Assembly: GCA_905331295.1 (NCBI GenBank)
Contig: CAJNYD010000407.1
Coordinates: 1-64,000, forward strand
DNA from: Rotaria socialis
Taxonomy: Eukaryota
Length of the DNA stretch: 64,000 bases
Direction of reading: 5' to 3'
The notes under the pieces were generated by a model. The model was not told the DNA's origin. It ran no database searches and saw only the letters and a list, made by a program, of their open reading frames with translations. Below, piece after piece: positions 40,401-54,200 of the stretch. Both the position numbers and the translations under genes were made by a program. The number at the start of each line of letters is the position of its first letter. Position 1 is the stretch's first letter.

Positions 40401-43400
40401 ACCTAATGTGCAAGTTTCACCACAAACTATTTATGAAATGCCTACAACTGGTACAGCCAACTGGTCTAATATTGATCCATTCAATAAAGAAGAATTACAT
40501 CAAGCAATGGAAGCATGGAAAGCAAAATGCGAACAACAACGTATCGATATTCTTCGACCGTTTCAACAATTTGATAAGTAAATTATTAAAAAAAAGAGAT
40601 GAAAAGAGAAACTTTATTATTATGACTAAGAACAGTGAATGTTGGGATCATCGTAAACTAGGTTTTTTCTTTTGAGAAAAACAAGAAATCAATTCATATT
40701 GATTTCCTAGTATATTATCATCCACCATCTGCAAGTGTTCATAAGCAACTAACTTTCATAACTTTTTATCCCACTCAATTACATTACATGTAAAATTTCT
40801 TCAGTCAGATCAAGTAGTATTCTCTGAGATTCTAGTTTAAATCCTACTATAATATTCATGAAATATGTAGTGATTTCATGAGATAAACCTAAACAACTAT
40901 AGGAAGTCGCATGTGATGAGAGAATGTTCGAAGAATTTTACAGTGGAATTCGATGTAAAATTTCAAAGACGATGATTTGATTTTATATAATTTCTATTCG
41001 ATATTATAATATCGCAGACTAGATTTATATAAAATCTTATCATCCGATTGACTGACCTAGAAAGACATACTAGGTCGAGTATTTGAAATGTTTATTTCTC
41101 GAGATAACAACAAAGAAAATAAAAGAATAGGCAACTTCAAAACATGTAGTTGGTAGGATTATATGTATTTATGGTACACAAAAATGATAGCATAGTGATT
41201 TAACAATATTTTTAGACACAATCTTGGTCATGTAACTCGCTTGCAATTTCGTCAATGTTTAGCCATAGCTGGTTTAACATATACAGAAAAAGAATTAGAA
41301 GCCGTCGAAGCAGCTTTTATTGACGATAATGGATTTGCTTATCGTCATTTTCTTGAATGGATTATACCCCGTCGTCCTGAACCACTACGTTATAATATTT
41401 TACAAGAAGATCTTAAAAATTTAAATAAACAACGAGTCTTACCAGAAATCAAACCTGTAACAAGTATTCAAGATGTTTTACAAAAAATTAAAGGACAAGT
41501 AAAGATATTTTTTAATCTATTTTTATTAATATATAAGACAAAACTAAATTTATTTTATAAAGGTATTTCGGCGCCGTATAAGACTCTACGAATGGCTTAA
41601 AGATCATGATAAACTAAACAGTGGTCGCATGTCTTTTGATACATTTCGTCGTGCTCTAAATCCATGTCAATTAGAATTACTAGAAAGTGAATTGTCTTTA
41701 CTTGAAGATTAGTAAGTTAAAATTTTTATTTCGGTGCAACTTTTGGTGGTGCTTTGACTTCGTTATTTTCATTGAGCGGTTTGCCATCGAAGAAGTCAAG
41801 TAAATTTTGTATGGTTGTTTCAGCTATATTTTTTAAAGCTTCTTCTGTAAGAAAAGCTTGATGTGATGTAACAATTGTATTTGGCATTGAAATTAGACGT
41901 GCCAATGTATCATCTTCCATAACCTAAAAGAAACAAATTTTTCAAAGATAAAAACATTAGCAGTTAATTTTAAATAAGTTTTACCTGTTGACTGTAATCA
42001 TTAAAAAAATATTCTTTTTCATTTTCGTATACATCAAGTGCAGCTCCTCGTAATTTTCCTGACTTAAGACAGTCAACAAGAGCTTTTGCATCAACTAAAC
42101 CACCACGGCTTGTATTAATTAACATGGCGTGTGGTTTCATTTTTTCCAAAGCTTCTTTATTAATTAAATGATAAGTTGAATCAAGAAGTGGTGCATAGAT
42201 TGAAACTAAATGTAAAAATAATTGTCAAATGAGAATTTAAAAAAACAACGAACTATTTCTCTTACCAACATCACTTTCACGAAGTAATTCATCCATAGTT
42301 GTATATATATAACCTTTTTCTTTCGCTGCTTTTTCATTTGGAAAAACATCATAAGCTAAAACCTTACAACCAAAACCCAAAAATATATTGATTGCGCACA
42401 TACCGATACCACCTGTTCCAATAATGCCGACAGTTTTACCAAAAAGATCGACACCAACGAGACCATCCAAACTAAAATTATGTTGTTTTGTTCGAAAGAA
42501 AGCATGATGCATATTACGATTGAGCGATAATAAAAGAGCAACTGAATGTTCAGCAACAGCATACGGCGAATATCGTGGTACACGACAAACTTTTAAATTA
42601 TATTTTTCAGCTGTTTCTAGACTAACATGATTAAATCCTGCACTTCGTAAAGCAATGATTTTCAGTGTATTGGATTTCTTCTGTATTTCTTCTATAACAT
42701 TTGCACTAACAACATCGTTGACAAAAACACAGATACCATCATAACCTTGAACTTCATCGACTGTTTCTTCAGTTAATTTACTCTCAAGAAAAGTAAAACG
42801 AAGTTTATCTTGGCCACCTAAAGATTTTAAAGCTAATTTGAACGTTTTTTCATCGTATAGTTTTGAATCAAAAACAATAACTTTATGAATAGACATCTAA
42901 TGTATCGAAAGAAAAGTAAAACAAAAATAGAAATTTATCTCTAGAAGAATAATCTATTGAATAAGCGTGAAACTTACTGTGCTCGGTTGAACTGAATCAC
43001 ACTATTTATTTGTCGATGTTGTTTTTCTCCTGTTTCTCTAGTTTAATGATAAGAAATGACTTTTCTCTCTCTTTCTCTTTCTGTTAGAGAAATATAGCCT
43101 AACTGGTAACTACGTGGCATAAATGAGGGACGAAGAAAGCGGCAGGCCATGAGTGAAAATAGAAAGAGGAAAATAGAGCGACCGAATTGTTGTATTAATA
43201 GTGCAGAACAGAAAAGGAAAAGAAAAACTTGACGGACTTACAAAGACAGAACGATACTCTCCTATGGCAACGATTCTAGGACAAAAAAATGTTTTTGCTT
43301 TCTAGTTAAAAGCGTTACCATCATCGATATAGTGGTAAACAACACCAGTTTTTTTTTGCCGACTTAGCGTTGCTTATTATCGTTGTTCGAAAGACGGATG

Positions 43401-45565
43401 CTGCGTTATCCAATCCAATATTTTCAGTGATAAAATAGGAATCATATTTTACTAAATTTCTGAAGTCAAAACTAATAACTTCCTTAGAACGCAACAGGTT
43501 CTCATAAGAAAATAACGTCAAAACACTAAGAAAAGAAAAAGAAATCATGAACATTAGTCTCTTCTAATTTTAATTAAAGCAATTAACGAAACGAGAAATT
43601 GTTTTATACGAGCGCCTACATCTCATACAAAAAGCCTTATATCATTTATATTAATGACCGACAATAGTTATAGGCTAGTAGCTATTATTTAAAACGACGA
43701 TCCTACTCATCGATTACTGAGGAGACAAACAATATCGTACCGATCAAATTGATTGTTGTTAACATTCGTACAATACTCGAAGAAAACAATCTTGTTTAGT
43801 AGCTAACAAAGTCACAAAATCTAACTACAATACTTGAACATCATAAAGAATCAAACGAGCATGACGCAATACTCAATCTTATTTCATTTGTCGTTTGATT
43901 ATTAGAAGCTATGATATAAATAACAAATGATCAACTTGCTTGATTAAAATCATATGAAACAGGTTGCCTTAGATTTAGGATGCTTTTACTAAACTAGACT
44001 AATTTATCAATAATTGTAAACGTTCGTTACACAATTAACACATACTATTGATGTCAAGAATAGATGCTTTCATTACTTAGATATAATTGATTATCAGACT
44101 ATTTGTTATTTTTCAATGTAACTTACAATGTATGAACACGTTCATATCTCTAAAATTAGTTTATTATACTATAATTAGAAGGAAACTATGCTCAAATTAA
44201 GTTCAAGATAAAGATCTTGAAATCCTTTTACCATCGAAAAATACTATTTTTACGTAGTTTGTAACAAGTCAACTTGATTTAGTTAGATGAGCACTAGGGG
44301 TGTCACATTTAAATTTTCAAAAATTAAAATAAAATTGTTTGAAATTCAAATTAGTTAAATTTTTGACCTGATTGCTACTATTTAAAGTCAAATTTGAGTA
44401 TGTTTCCTGTTTTCTAAAGTTAAAACTAGTCATTCTTCTATGAATTGTGCTATTAAATATAATTTTATGAGTATCCCAATATTCTGAAGAAGAAAGATGA
44501 CGGATCTTGCATAATCTGTAGAGAAATTTTGACTATTCTGAATAAATATTAACCTAAAATACTAGGTTTTCCTCTCATTTAGTATTTACTACTGTTAAAG
44601 TCACGTATTTCTCTCGTAGGAATGATGTGTAATAATGCAAACAATTTATTAAATTAAAAAAAATTTATTAAATCGAGAAATAAATTTTCAAAAATAAAAT
44701 TTAAATTCTGAAAATTTAAATTTAACTTGATAGAATTTAATTTAAAATTAAATTAACTTTTCACGAAGTTAAATTTAAATTAAAAGAACTGTAAATTGAC
44801 ACCCCTAATGAGCACAAATGCCAATCAACATTATAATATACTTTTTCTGTGTTTGTTTTTGTATCAATCAGGAAGTAATCAATAGGAATATCGTTGTAAG
44901 TCTCCTTTTAAGATTTAGTGAAAAACGATATTTTTCACTCATAGTTCTGGAAGTTTCATTCTATTTTTTGGACGAATTCATCAAATAATTCATTGCATTG
45001 AAAATCTTTTTACTGACTAACAACTGATTTCTATTTCATTTTTAGTTATCGATCACGTACTGACTCGAATTCGATTGAATATCGAAAATTCTGCGATGAA
45101 ATTGAATCGATCTTTACTACAGACTTTCTTGATAAAAATCCACTTGTCGAATCAGAACAATATTTAGCCCTCAAAGACGCAACAACTATTCGATTAGATC
45201 CTGACAAGGAAGACCGTGTCAGAAATTTAATGCTTAAACTCGCTGAACGTGTAAGTATCATTTTGTTTGCTAAGAAATAAAAATATTTGTTTAATTTTGA
45301 ACGAAAAATTAAGGTTCATGCACGTCGTCTACAATTGTTTCCATTGTTTGAAGATTTTGATAGAGTTCGTAATGGTCATGTAACACAAAATCAATTTTTA
45401 CGCGTACTAAATGATCTTTCTCTAATGAATTTATTAACTGGTTTTGAAAAAGATAATTTATTAGAAAAGTTTCGAGTTCGTGTTGGTGGACGAGATGATA
45501 TCGATTATCTTACATTTTGCCATGAACTTAATGCTTTAGCTGGCTTTGAAGCTGGTATACCATAA
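37407..45565 (+). CDS. Multi-EF-hand repeat protein (EFCAB6-related type), about 13 exons
   Basis: Repeated units F..FD.LRSG.(V/I)T..QF.R: FFHDFDRLRSGFVTASQFKR, FFKDYDKLRSGIITEGQF, FFEDFDPLRLGTISQSRF, LFEDFDRVRNGHVTQNQF. The frame stays open across intron 41712-45045 (GAT TA|gtaagt...tttag|T TAT CGA). Confidence 0.88.
41726..42896 (-). CDS. ldhA-like: D-lactate dehydrogenase / D-2-hydroxyacid dehydrogenase (LdhA-type), 349 aa, nested in the EF-hand gene intron
   Basis: Exons 42266-42896, 41985-42205 and 41726-41923. Motifs CVFVND, ALRSAGFNHV, RVPRYSPYAVAEH, GIIGTGGIG, INTSRGGLVD, LDVYENE and TSHQAFLTEEAL. A likely 5' UTR intron lies at ~42897-42977. Confidence 0.93.
44295..44807. mobile_element. 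hAT-type MITE with a perfect 8-bp TSD
   Basis: ATGAGCAC|TAGGGGTGTCA ... TGACACCCCTA|ATGAGCAC, with subterminal AAATTTAAA-type repeats. Confidence 0.93.
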
Positions 45566-45970
45566 AATCAATATTGACATGTCTTTGTCTGAATAAAAAA
45601 TAGACGAAAAAAACTAACTTTTTACCTCTACTTTTTTTTGCCCAAATATTAAATAAAATAAAGACAAAAACAATGTTTTACTTCTGAAATATATGATACT
45701 TTATTAATTAATTTCATTTGAACTATTAACAGTGTATTAAGATATTTTAGACAACAAATAAGGCATACACAGAAAAGCTGACTATTTTTTTAAAAATCTA
45801 CCGAGCATGAAACTAACAATAAAACAATCCTGTTATTGTTCACTTTTGTCTATGGTTTAAAGGATTATAATCAATTCAATTGGCATAAAATATTTTTGTA
45901 TACATCTAGTCATACTATCACTTAGAATTGTAGAAAAATGAATTAGAATCGGCTGGATATCAATCTTGTA

Positions 45971-47108
45971 TTACTCTTTTACACTGTCAGTTTGTAATTG
46001 ATTGAAAAACTCAAGAAAATTCTGAATAATAGATTCTGCGATTGTTTTCAATGTTTCTTCTGTAAGAAATGCTTGATGCGATGTCACAATTGTATTGTGC
46101 ATTGAAATCAAACGTGCTAATATATCATCATTCATAATCTAATAAAAGAATCGTAAAATAAATATGAAAAACAAAATTTTATAACGTATATTTATATCCT
46201 ACTCGTTGACTATAATTCTTATAAAAATATTTATCTTCATGTTCATAAACATCAAGTGCAGCTCCACGTAGTTTTCCTGACTTTAGACAGTCAACAAGAG
46301 CATTTGCATCAACTAGGGGACCACGACTTGTGTTAATTAACATTGCATCAAATTTCATTTTATTTAAAGCTTCTCGATTAATCAGATGATAGGTTGAATC
46401 ATTCAATGGCGCATGAAGAGAAACTAAAGAATAAAAATTCATGCTATAGAATGAAAATCTCTCTATATTTTACATACTAATATCACTTTCTGTGAGTAAC
46501 TCATCGATTGTTACATATTGAAAACCTTGTTCTCTAGCAGCATTTTCATTAGGTTTAATATCGTAAGCTAAAACTTTACAGCCAAATCCTAAAAAGATCT
46601 TAATTGCGCACATGCCAACAATACCAGCTCCAATAATACCAACAGTTTTACCAAAAATATCAATACCAACGAGACCGTCCAAACTAAAATTATGTAATTT
46701 TGTTCGAAAAAATGCATGATGCATATTACGATTGAGTGATAATAAAAGAGCAACTGCGTGTTCAGCAACAGCATGTGGTGAATAACTTGGTACACGACAT
46801 ACATGAAGACCATATTGTTTAGCTATTTCAACAGAAGAACCACTATGACCAGCACTTCTTAAAGCAATTATTTTCACAGTATCACACATGTCGTGTATTT
46901 TTTCCATGACTTTTGAATTACGAGCATCACTATTAACAATGCATATTCCATCAAAACCTTGAGCTTCGGAAATTGTTTCTTCACTCAATTTACTCTCAAG
47001 AAAAGTAAAATGCAGTTTATCTTGACCATTTAATGATTTGAGAGCTGCTCTAAATGTTTTCTCATCATAAGATTTTGAAGCAAAGAAAAGAATTTTACGT
47101 CGTGTCAT
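45971..47108 (-). CDS. ldhA-like: Second, diverged LdhA-type D-2-hydroxyacid dehydrogenase paralog
   Basis: Exons 46478-47108, 46203-46423 and 45971-46138, with the same intron positions as the first copy. Motifs RVPSYSPHAVAEH, GIIGAGIVG, ISLHAPL, INTSRGPLVD, LDVYEHE and TSHQAFLTEE. Confidence 0.92.
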
Positions 47109-48243
47109 ATTTTTAGTTTTTCTTGAAATTAAAAAATCAACAATATAGCAAAAATATATTGAATAAAGTGAGAACTTACATTCAATAATATTAAAATAAT
47201 CTCAAATGTTTATTGGCGTCACTCGTTGCTCGATATTGGGGAGATATGGTTGATTCTCTTTTTTTTCCTATTGTGAGATCATAGAAAAGCGATGGTATCT
47301 AAGTAGAATATACGACTGACAACGAGGAAGATTAAAAAAGAGAAAACACAAGAGAAAATGTCGTGTAAAAAAAAGACAAAAACAATGAAAATGTAGTTGA
47401 TACACAACATTTTTGAGTCAATCAAGAGAATACTTTCCGTCTTTATTGATATTTTTAAAGTTGGGAGAAGAATTACTGGAAACGTGACTTGAGTGTCGCG
47501 AGAGTGGAAAAGTCATATTTAGACAAAGCACATGGTTTTATTCAATAATATTTCTTTTTATATGAAAAGAAAATCTGCTTCACATAAACATACAATCAAA
47601 CATCAACAGCAATGTTTCTCATCAACTTTCTAAGTATTAGAGATCATTCAATGAGAATATCTTGTTTGAAAACTATCGATCTTGATAATATTTTTATATA
47701 ATATGTTATATTGAACTATGAAGATTGATTAATATTTAATCGTCATATCGTCAGCTGTTTTGTTAATGTTTATGATCATTATAATGGTTAGTGTCATGAA
47801 TTCAAATGATGCCTGTGTGCATAACGATAGAATCATGATATGAGATCTAGTTAAAAATAAACATTGGATACACAAGCTGACCGGTGATACATCTCGTTTC
47901 ATATGATTTCAATCGGAAACACAAATATATGAGATTTTTCATTTATTGTTGTTGAAAAGTACAATAGAAAGAAATCCGTGATCACACACACACACACAAA
48001 TATATATATTATAACAAGCGTATATAAAAGAGACAAATATGTTAAGAAAATAAACCTATTTGATAATAAAGTCAAGTGTGCAAAAAGAAAGATTATTATA
48101 AAATATTCTTAATACGGATAAATATGAAATGTATATTTGATTGAAATCCATTTATTCAGAAAAAAAATCATCACAATATAAGATCATCATGGTCAGAAGG
48201 CAAGTTTTATCAATAAATTCTCACATCAATTGATCACTCTCAT

Positions 48244-51200
48244 TTATGAGTATTGAGTATGACGAATTGGAGGCATCATGTTATTGACGGCTGGTGAACG
48301 AAATCTATAGAAGCAAAATGTAAAACATTGTTGGATTTATTTTTATGCTTTTTTAAAACTGTATTATTAATTTACCGTCTTTGGTTTTTGATGTAGCATT
48401 TACTTGCATCAGATGATGATGCACGATTACGTAGTGAACCAAATCGACCAGATACAATTATAATTGGTCGAGCACAAACGCAATGATTCTCAGTTTGAAT
48501 TTCAAGCCAAAGACGATATTTCCCACTAGTTAAATTATGGATTGTCGCTTGATTGGTAGCAGCATCATATTCACCATGTGAACGAACAGCAAGCGTTGTA
48601 ACATTTTCCGAACGTATCTAACGAATAAATAAAAACATAATTTATGCCATATTTATAATTAAAATTATGTAAGTGCAGAATTGTTTAAATGATAGAAGGA
48701 AGAAAGAGCAACCTGCAATTTATCAAATTTCTTATATACATATTGTGTAAAATAGCTATACATATCAGATATCCCAGTTTATGAATTTCACTCAAAACAT
48801 TATGATAAAAAATCTCTGATCTCAAAAAGAAAATCTCCACACTGAATTAATTCAAGATAAATTTATAACTAATCATGAAATAAGAATTAATCGATAGCAA
48901 TTTTAAGAGTAAAACTTAACCAATTATTCAAAAGATTGATTTGACTTTCATAGTCATTTAATAAAAAGCTTAATATTTTGATTCTCTTCTGCTCTTCGTT
49001 TAGAAATTCTTTTAAAAACGAATCGTTTGAGACATTTCCGATTTCATGAAAATTGATCTTTTACAAATTACAATATTTTCATACTCTATATCCAAGCAGT
49101 CTTTCTGTTTCGTCTTCTAATTGAGGATTTTCCCAAACAACAATGACAGATCCTGTTTGTCCGTCATCAATACGTTTGAATGCACCCGGTTTAACGCCAG
49201 GCCATGCAAACTTGATATCACGTGACATTGGACTAAGAACATTTTTGTCACTACTCAATGCTTGAACATGTACTATATAAATATCACACGGTAGACCGTT
49301 GGTTAATGTGTATGATAATTGATCATGTGCAAGAATGGCTGCTAAACGATTATTAACAAAGATTTTATAACCAACAACAGTAATTTCACCATAACTTGCT
49401 GCTGGACGCCATTCAAGTTTAACATGATCTGTTGTACGTTCACTAAAATTAAATTAAAAAAATTTTTTTCTTGGGTTCTATTTTTGTTTCTAAACATTAC
49501 CTAATAGCAACAATTGGAGCATTTGGTGGAGCATTCATCTGAACAGTACTTTTATCTGATGTATATAAAACACCATTAGTTTTATTAACAGCTATCACAG
49601 ATATTCCATACGTGAAACCTGGTCTCAAACCGCGTAAAACCTGGTCAAAGAAAGCAAAATTTGATTGCTTTCCTAGAGATTAGAATTTGTTTTTAAGCTT
49701 ACAGAATGGCGAAATCGTTTCGATACTTTCATTGATTTTACTTCTCCATTATTCAAACATGTATAATGAATATAATAAGATCGTACTTCTTCAGTAGGTA
49801 AAAATGATGTCCAATCGATATGAAGTTTTTCCTCGTTGACCGATTCAATAGTTAAGGGTATAATTCGTGCTACACTACAATCAAATGATGTCGCATTTCC
49901 ATCGTCGTTGTCATAGTACATTGTTGGAATAAGACTGGTTGTTGGTGTTGTTATAACAGATAATGTTGCGGACATGACAGAACGTGGACGTGAAGGATTG
50001 TTTGTTAAAGCGCATACAGTGACTTGATATGAACGATTAATGCGTGATGGAATTTCAGCACGACGTAAATTAACTTGAATTATATCATCTTTCTTTTTAC
50101 CTTCAATATATAATTGAAAACCAATAACAGGTATACCATATAATTTTGGTTCAGACCATTCGACAATGAAGCTCGTATCAGATGTTTTCACAAGCCATAA
50201 GTTTGGTGCATCTGGTTCACCTGGAATTGGTATAGTTAATTCTTCATATGACAATCTATGGTTGTCATTGGTAACAATAAAGATGCCAATAGAATAAAGA
50301 TGTTTTTCATCCAATGCATCTAAAATGTAGAAAAAAATAAAACAAAAAAAATTTTCTTTTTGTAAAATAATTTGTATTAATACCCCTATCAGTTTCTTGA
50401 CAACAGAGAGTCATTCACAAAATGAATTTTACCACGTATAATAGAAATATCAGCATGTGTGTTTAAATATGTAAATTAATTTTAACGTTCAAAACCTTAA
50501 CTTCTGATTAAAGAGATGAATAGTTTTCTTATTCAAATGTTTTATAGCTGAGCAAAAGTTTTCTTGATTTTCTTTGAGGTATTTACACCAATAAAGTCTA
50601 TTTGAAAGTTAGAAAATTTAGAAAAAAAAACATTTTGGCTTTCTCAACAAATGTTACGAGAAGTTAGCTCGTAATAGAATATCATCTTTGTACGAACAAT
50701 ATGTATTTTCATAATGAAACAGCATGATGGGGAAGAGTTGAACAATTTTTGACTAACCTATAGTAGATGATGTTTCATCGTTTTTTACAATTTTCTGTTG
50801 AATATATAAATCTTTCGATGAATGCCATTGAAGAATATAATGTAAAATATTTTTCGAATTTGATACCTCCCATTTGACATTGATTTTTCCTAAGGGTTTC
50901 ATTTCATTTTGTCTTTGAAATATATTTTCATTTGAATCATTATGATTAAATTCAAAATTAGCTTGAAATGAACGAAGTAGATCTAATAGAAAATAAGGAT
51001 AAAAAATTAATAGAATTCATTTTTGTGTTTACTTTACCTTGACTCTTTAACATTCGAACTCTTAATGGTTTAGACAAAAGTTCATCTGGTTCGTCAGAAT
51101 CATCTGTACCATTTGTTATCTTTAGAAAAAGAAAAGAAATTTTAATTTTTAATCAAAATATTAGTTGCTATCTACCATATTATCCATATATTCATATTGA

Positions 51201-54200
51201 ACAATAGTTTGTGCACATAATTGAACTTTATATTCTTCATCTGGCTGACATTTAGTTAATGTACATTTATATTGGTTCCCCTCTAATTTATTTTGTTGTC
51301 TTCCATTAATCTCAACTCGATAGGCAAGTAATCGACGATGTATTTTAAGTTGTTCATTGACTTTTTCTGGATGATCAATAATACTAAACAAATTTGGTTT
51401 ATTCCATTCTAAATCAATGGTATCTGTTGTATAACCCGTTAAATAAATTTCTGGCCGTTCACATGTAACTGGCGCATGAAAGCGCACTGATGCTGTTTCA
51501 GTTGTTGTTAAGCGAAGTTCTTTTCGATTTGTGTCATCATTATCATCTTCAAGATTTACTTTTACACTTAAATATGAATCTAGTGAAATTTTATAGGAAC
51601 CCGATGGTAATCGTTCATGTACTGTATACTGTTTCGTATTTCGATCAAGTTTAATACTATGTTCTTCACCACCATGTTCTAACTTCCAACGAAGTACTTG
51701 AGAAATATATTTTGTTGAACCATAAACTTTTGGCAATGTCCATTCAAGTTCTATTAACTCAGTGTTTGCTCGTTTAATATTTATTTTACTGACGGGTTCA
51801 AATCCACTGGTTTGAAATTGGAAACTTTTATTTGATAGCCAATCCGATGGTTCTAACTTTAGTGGCAATCGTGAAACATCTTGGTAATGCTTTTCATATA
51901 AATATTCTTCAGTTAGAGCATAAATAGTTGCTTCGTATTCTGTGCGTTCAATTAAATTTGATAGAATAAATTCTGTAGAATCAGGTGGTATATCCATTGA
52001 AATTTCTCTAGGATTTGTTTCAGTAGACGTTGGCTTATAATTAACACGTAATGCTATTATTTCAGCATTACGTTCAGTGAATGCATCAAAACTAAAACGT
52101 GCATTGGTATTTGTACAAGCAATACGATAAATATTTGATGGTACATCCGGTGGTCTACCAGTTTCACAAGTTAATATTTCTGATTTCGCCGACACAATGT
52201 ACGAGTCTAAAGAAAAAAACAGCGTTAATTTATTTTATTTTTCTATTGATGTTTAATACCATTAGAAGTTTGATGACGTCGTCTTTTTATGGCTTCTAAT
52301 TGAATTTTATATATTGTCTTGGATTGAAGACTTTTCAAAGATACGTCGGTCTTGTCGTCTAAAGATGCAAATAGAATATTTCATTTTGTTCCGTCGTTTT
52401 CAAAATGGAATTGAATAAAAAAGAATAATTGAAATATATGATTCAGATTTTCATTTGTGACAGGAAAATTTTTCACAGATCAGTTAAAGACATGAGACAA
52501 AAATCATTAGAGTATATCTAATTTCTAAGAAGAAAATCATTGAAATTGTTCCCTGCAGGTTTTAATCATATTGATTTTTATCATTAAGTCTCAATAGGAA
52601 CTGAAAAAGTCAAAAGAAGTTTGTTATGTTGAATCCTTAAAAGTGGTTTAGGTCTTATTGACTATACTTTCGATTCACTTTTAGATACGTGTGAAAAAAT
52701 CAAAATAAATCGAGTGTTCATATGAAACTTATCTCATCAATCGATCTAATGTTCTGAAGAATTTTCTAAAGCTATAAGTTAATACGTCGAAAAAAGATTC
52801 CCTTCATCTGATACTTAATAGTGTTCTTAGCATGTATGTAAATTTGGAGCAAAAATTCACTCGAATGATCATAAAACTTGACTCTAAAGATCGATAATAA
52901 TGCATCTTTAGAATTTCACTAACTTTGCTTGATCATCTTTATTAGTGCTAATAGAAACTCTAGCAATAGATATCAGTTTGAAGAATTTCAACCCCTTAAT
53001 ATTGATTGTTTTAGATATTTCTAAAACAATCAATAATTGTATGTTTCAATCAATTTTAATTCTATACAATCGAACGTCAAATAGCTACTAATTAAATGTT
53101 AAGCAAATTTCCGATATCTACGAAGCTTTTATATAGTCGATTAGATATCCCCTTCACAAAACGATAACTAAATGATATATATATATAACAGAAATATCTT
53201 GAAGATATTTGCCAACTTAAATCTAATCCGAAACAATAGAATTCTTAGTTATTCAGTATATTATACAGAGAATTGAATAAAGAATTTTGTTCATCGTCTG
53301 CTATTTTATGAATAAGAACAAATTGGTATTTTACTTGGTAATTCAACAACTTTAGGTGTATCAGATGTTGAATCACTATCTTTCCATATTGATAGTTTAT
53401 AATGATCTGGTTGTTGACTTGAACACTTCGATTCATCAACTAAATAATATATTCATCATATTAATTAATTACTGTTCAATAAATTTACTTGGAGACCAAC
53501 AAGCTATAACAGAATGTCCAGTAATGTTTTCGATCCAAAATCGTTTTGGAAGCAGAACTAAATCTGTATATTCTACTTCTAGCTTTGGTCCTGGTAAATA
53601 ATGACTGTGACGATCAGAATCATACTCTATACAGAAAAATGAGAACTTCCTATTGCAAAAATAAATAAATTATGAATCTAACCATCTCCTTTTCGAAGTA
53701 AAATACCGCCTGGTTGATTTGTTATTGGTACAACTTGGAATGAATATCGATTTCCAATTTCTAAATCATTAATTAAAACCCGTTGTTTATCAGTTGACAA
53801 GGATTTTCCAAGAGATCGACCATTTTTTAATATTTCATATCCCTATTAAGCATTATTTAATTTTCAGACGATATAAATAAAGCAAAGTCAATGATAACCT
53901 ACAGTTAATCTCACATCTCCATATTCAGCCGGTGGATCCCAAACAATTGCAATACCATTTGAATCCATGCTTTCGATTCTTGGCATTGTACCTTTGGGTG
54001 GAGTAGCACATTTCAACGATAATTCATTGGACGCATTTGATTCTATTTCACATTGATAAGAATAACCACCAAGCTTTGCTTGTTCGATGAAAGATTTTAT
54101 ATAAATTGTATACGTTTGTTCAGATTTTAATTTAAGAAAGTCGTATTTAAATGATTGACGTCCATTGGTTTCTACTACACCATGTAATTTCCCATCGAGA

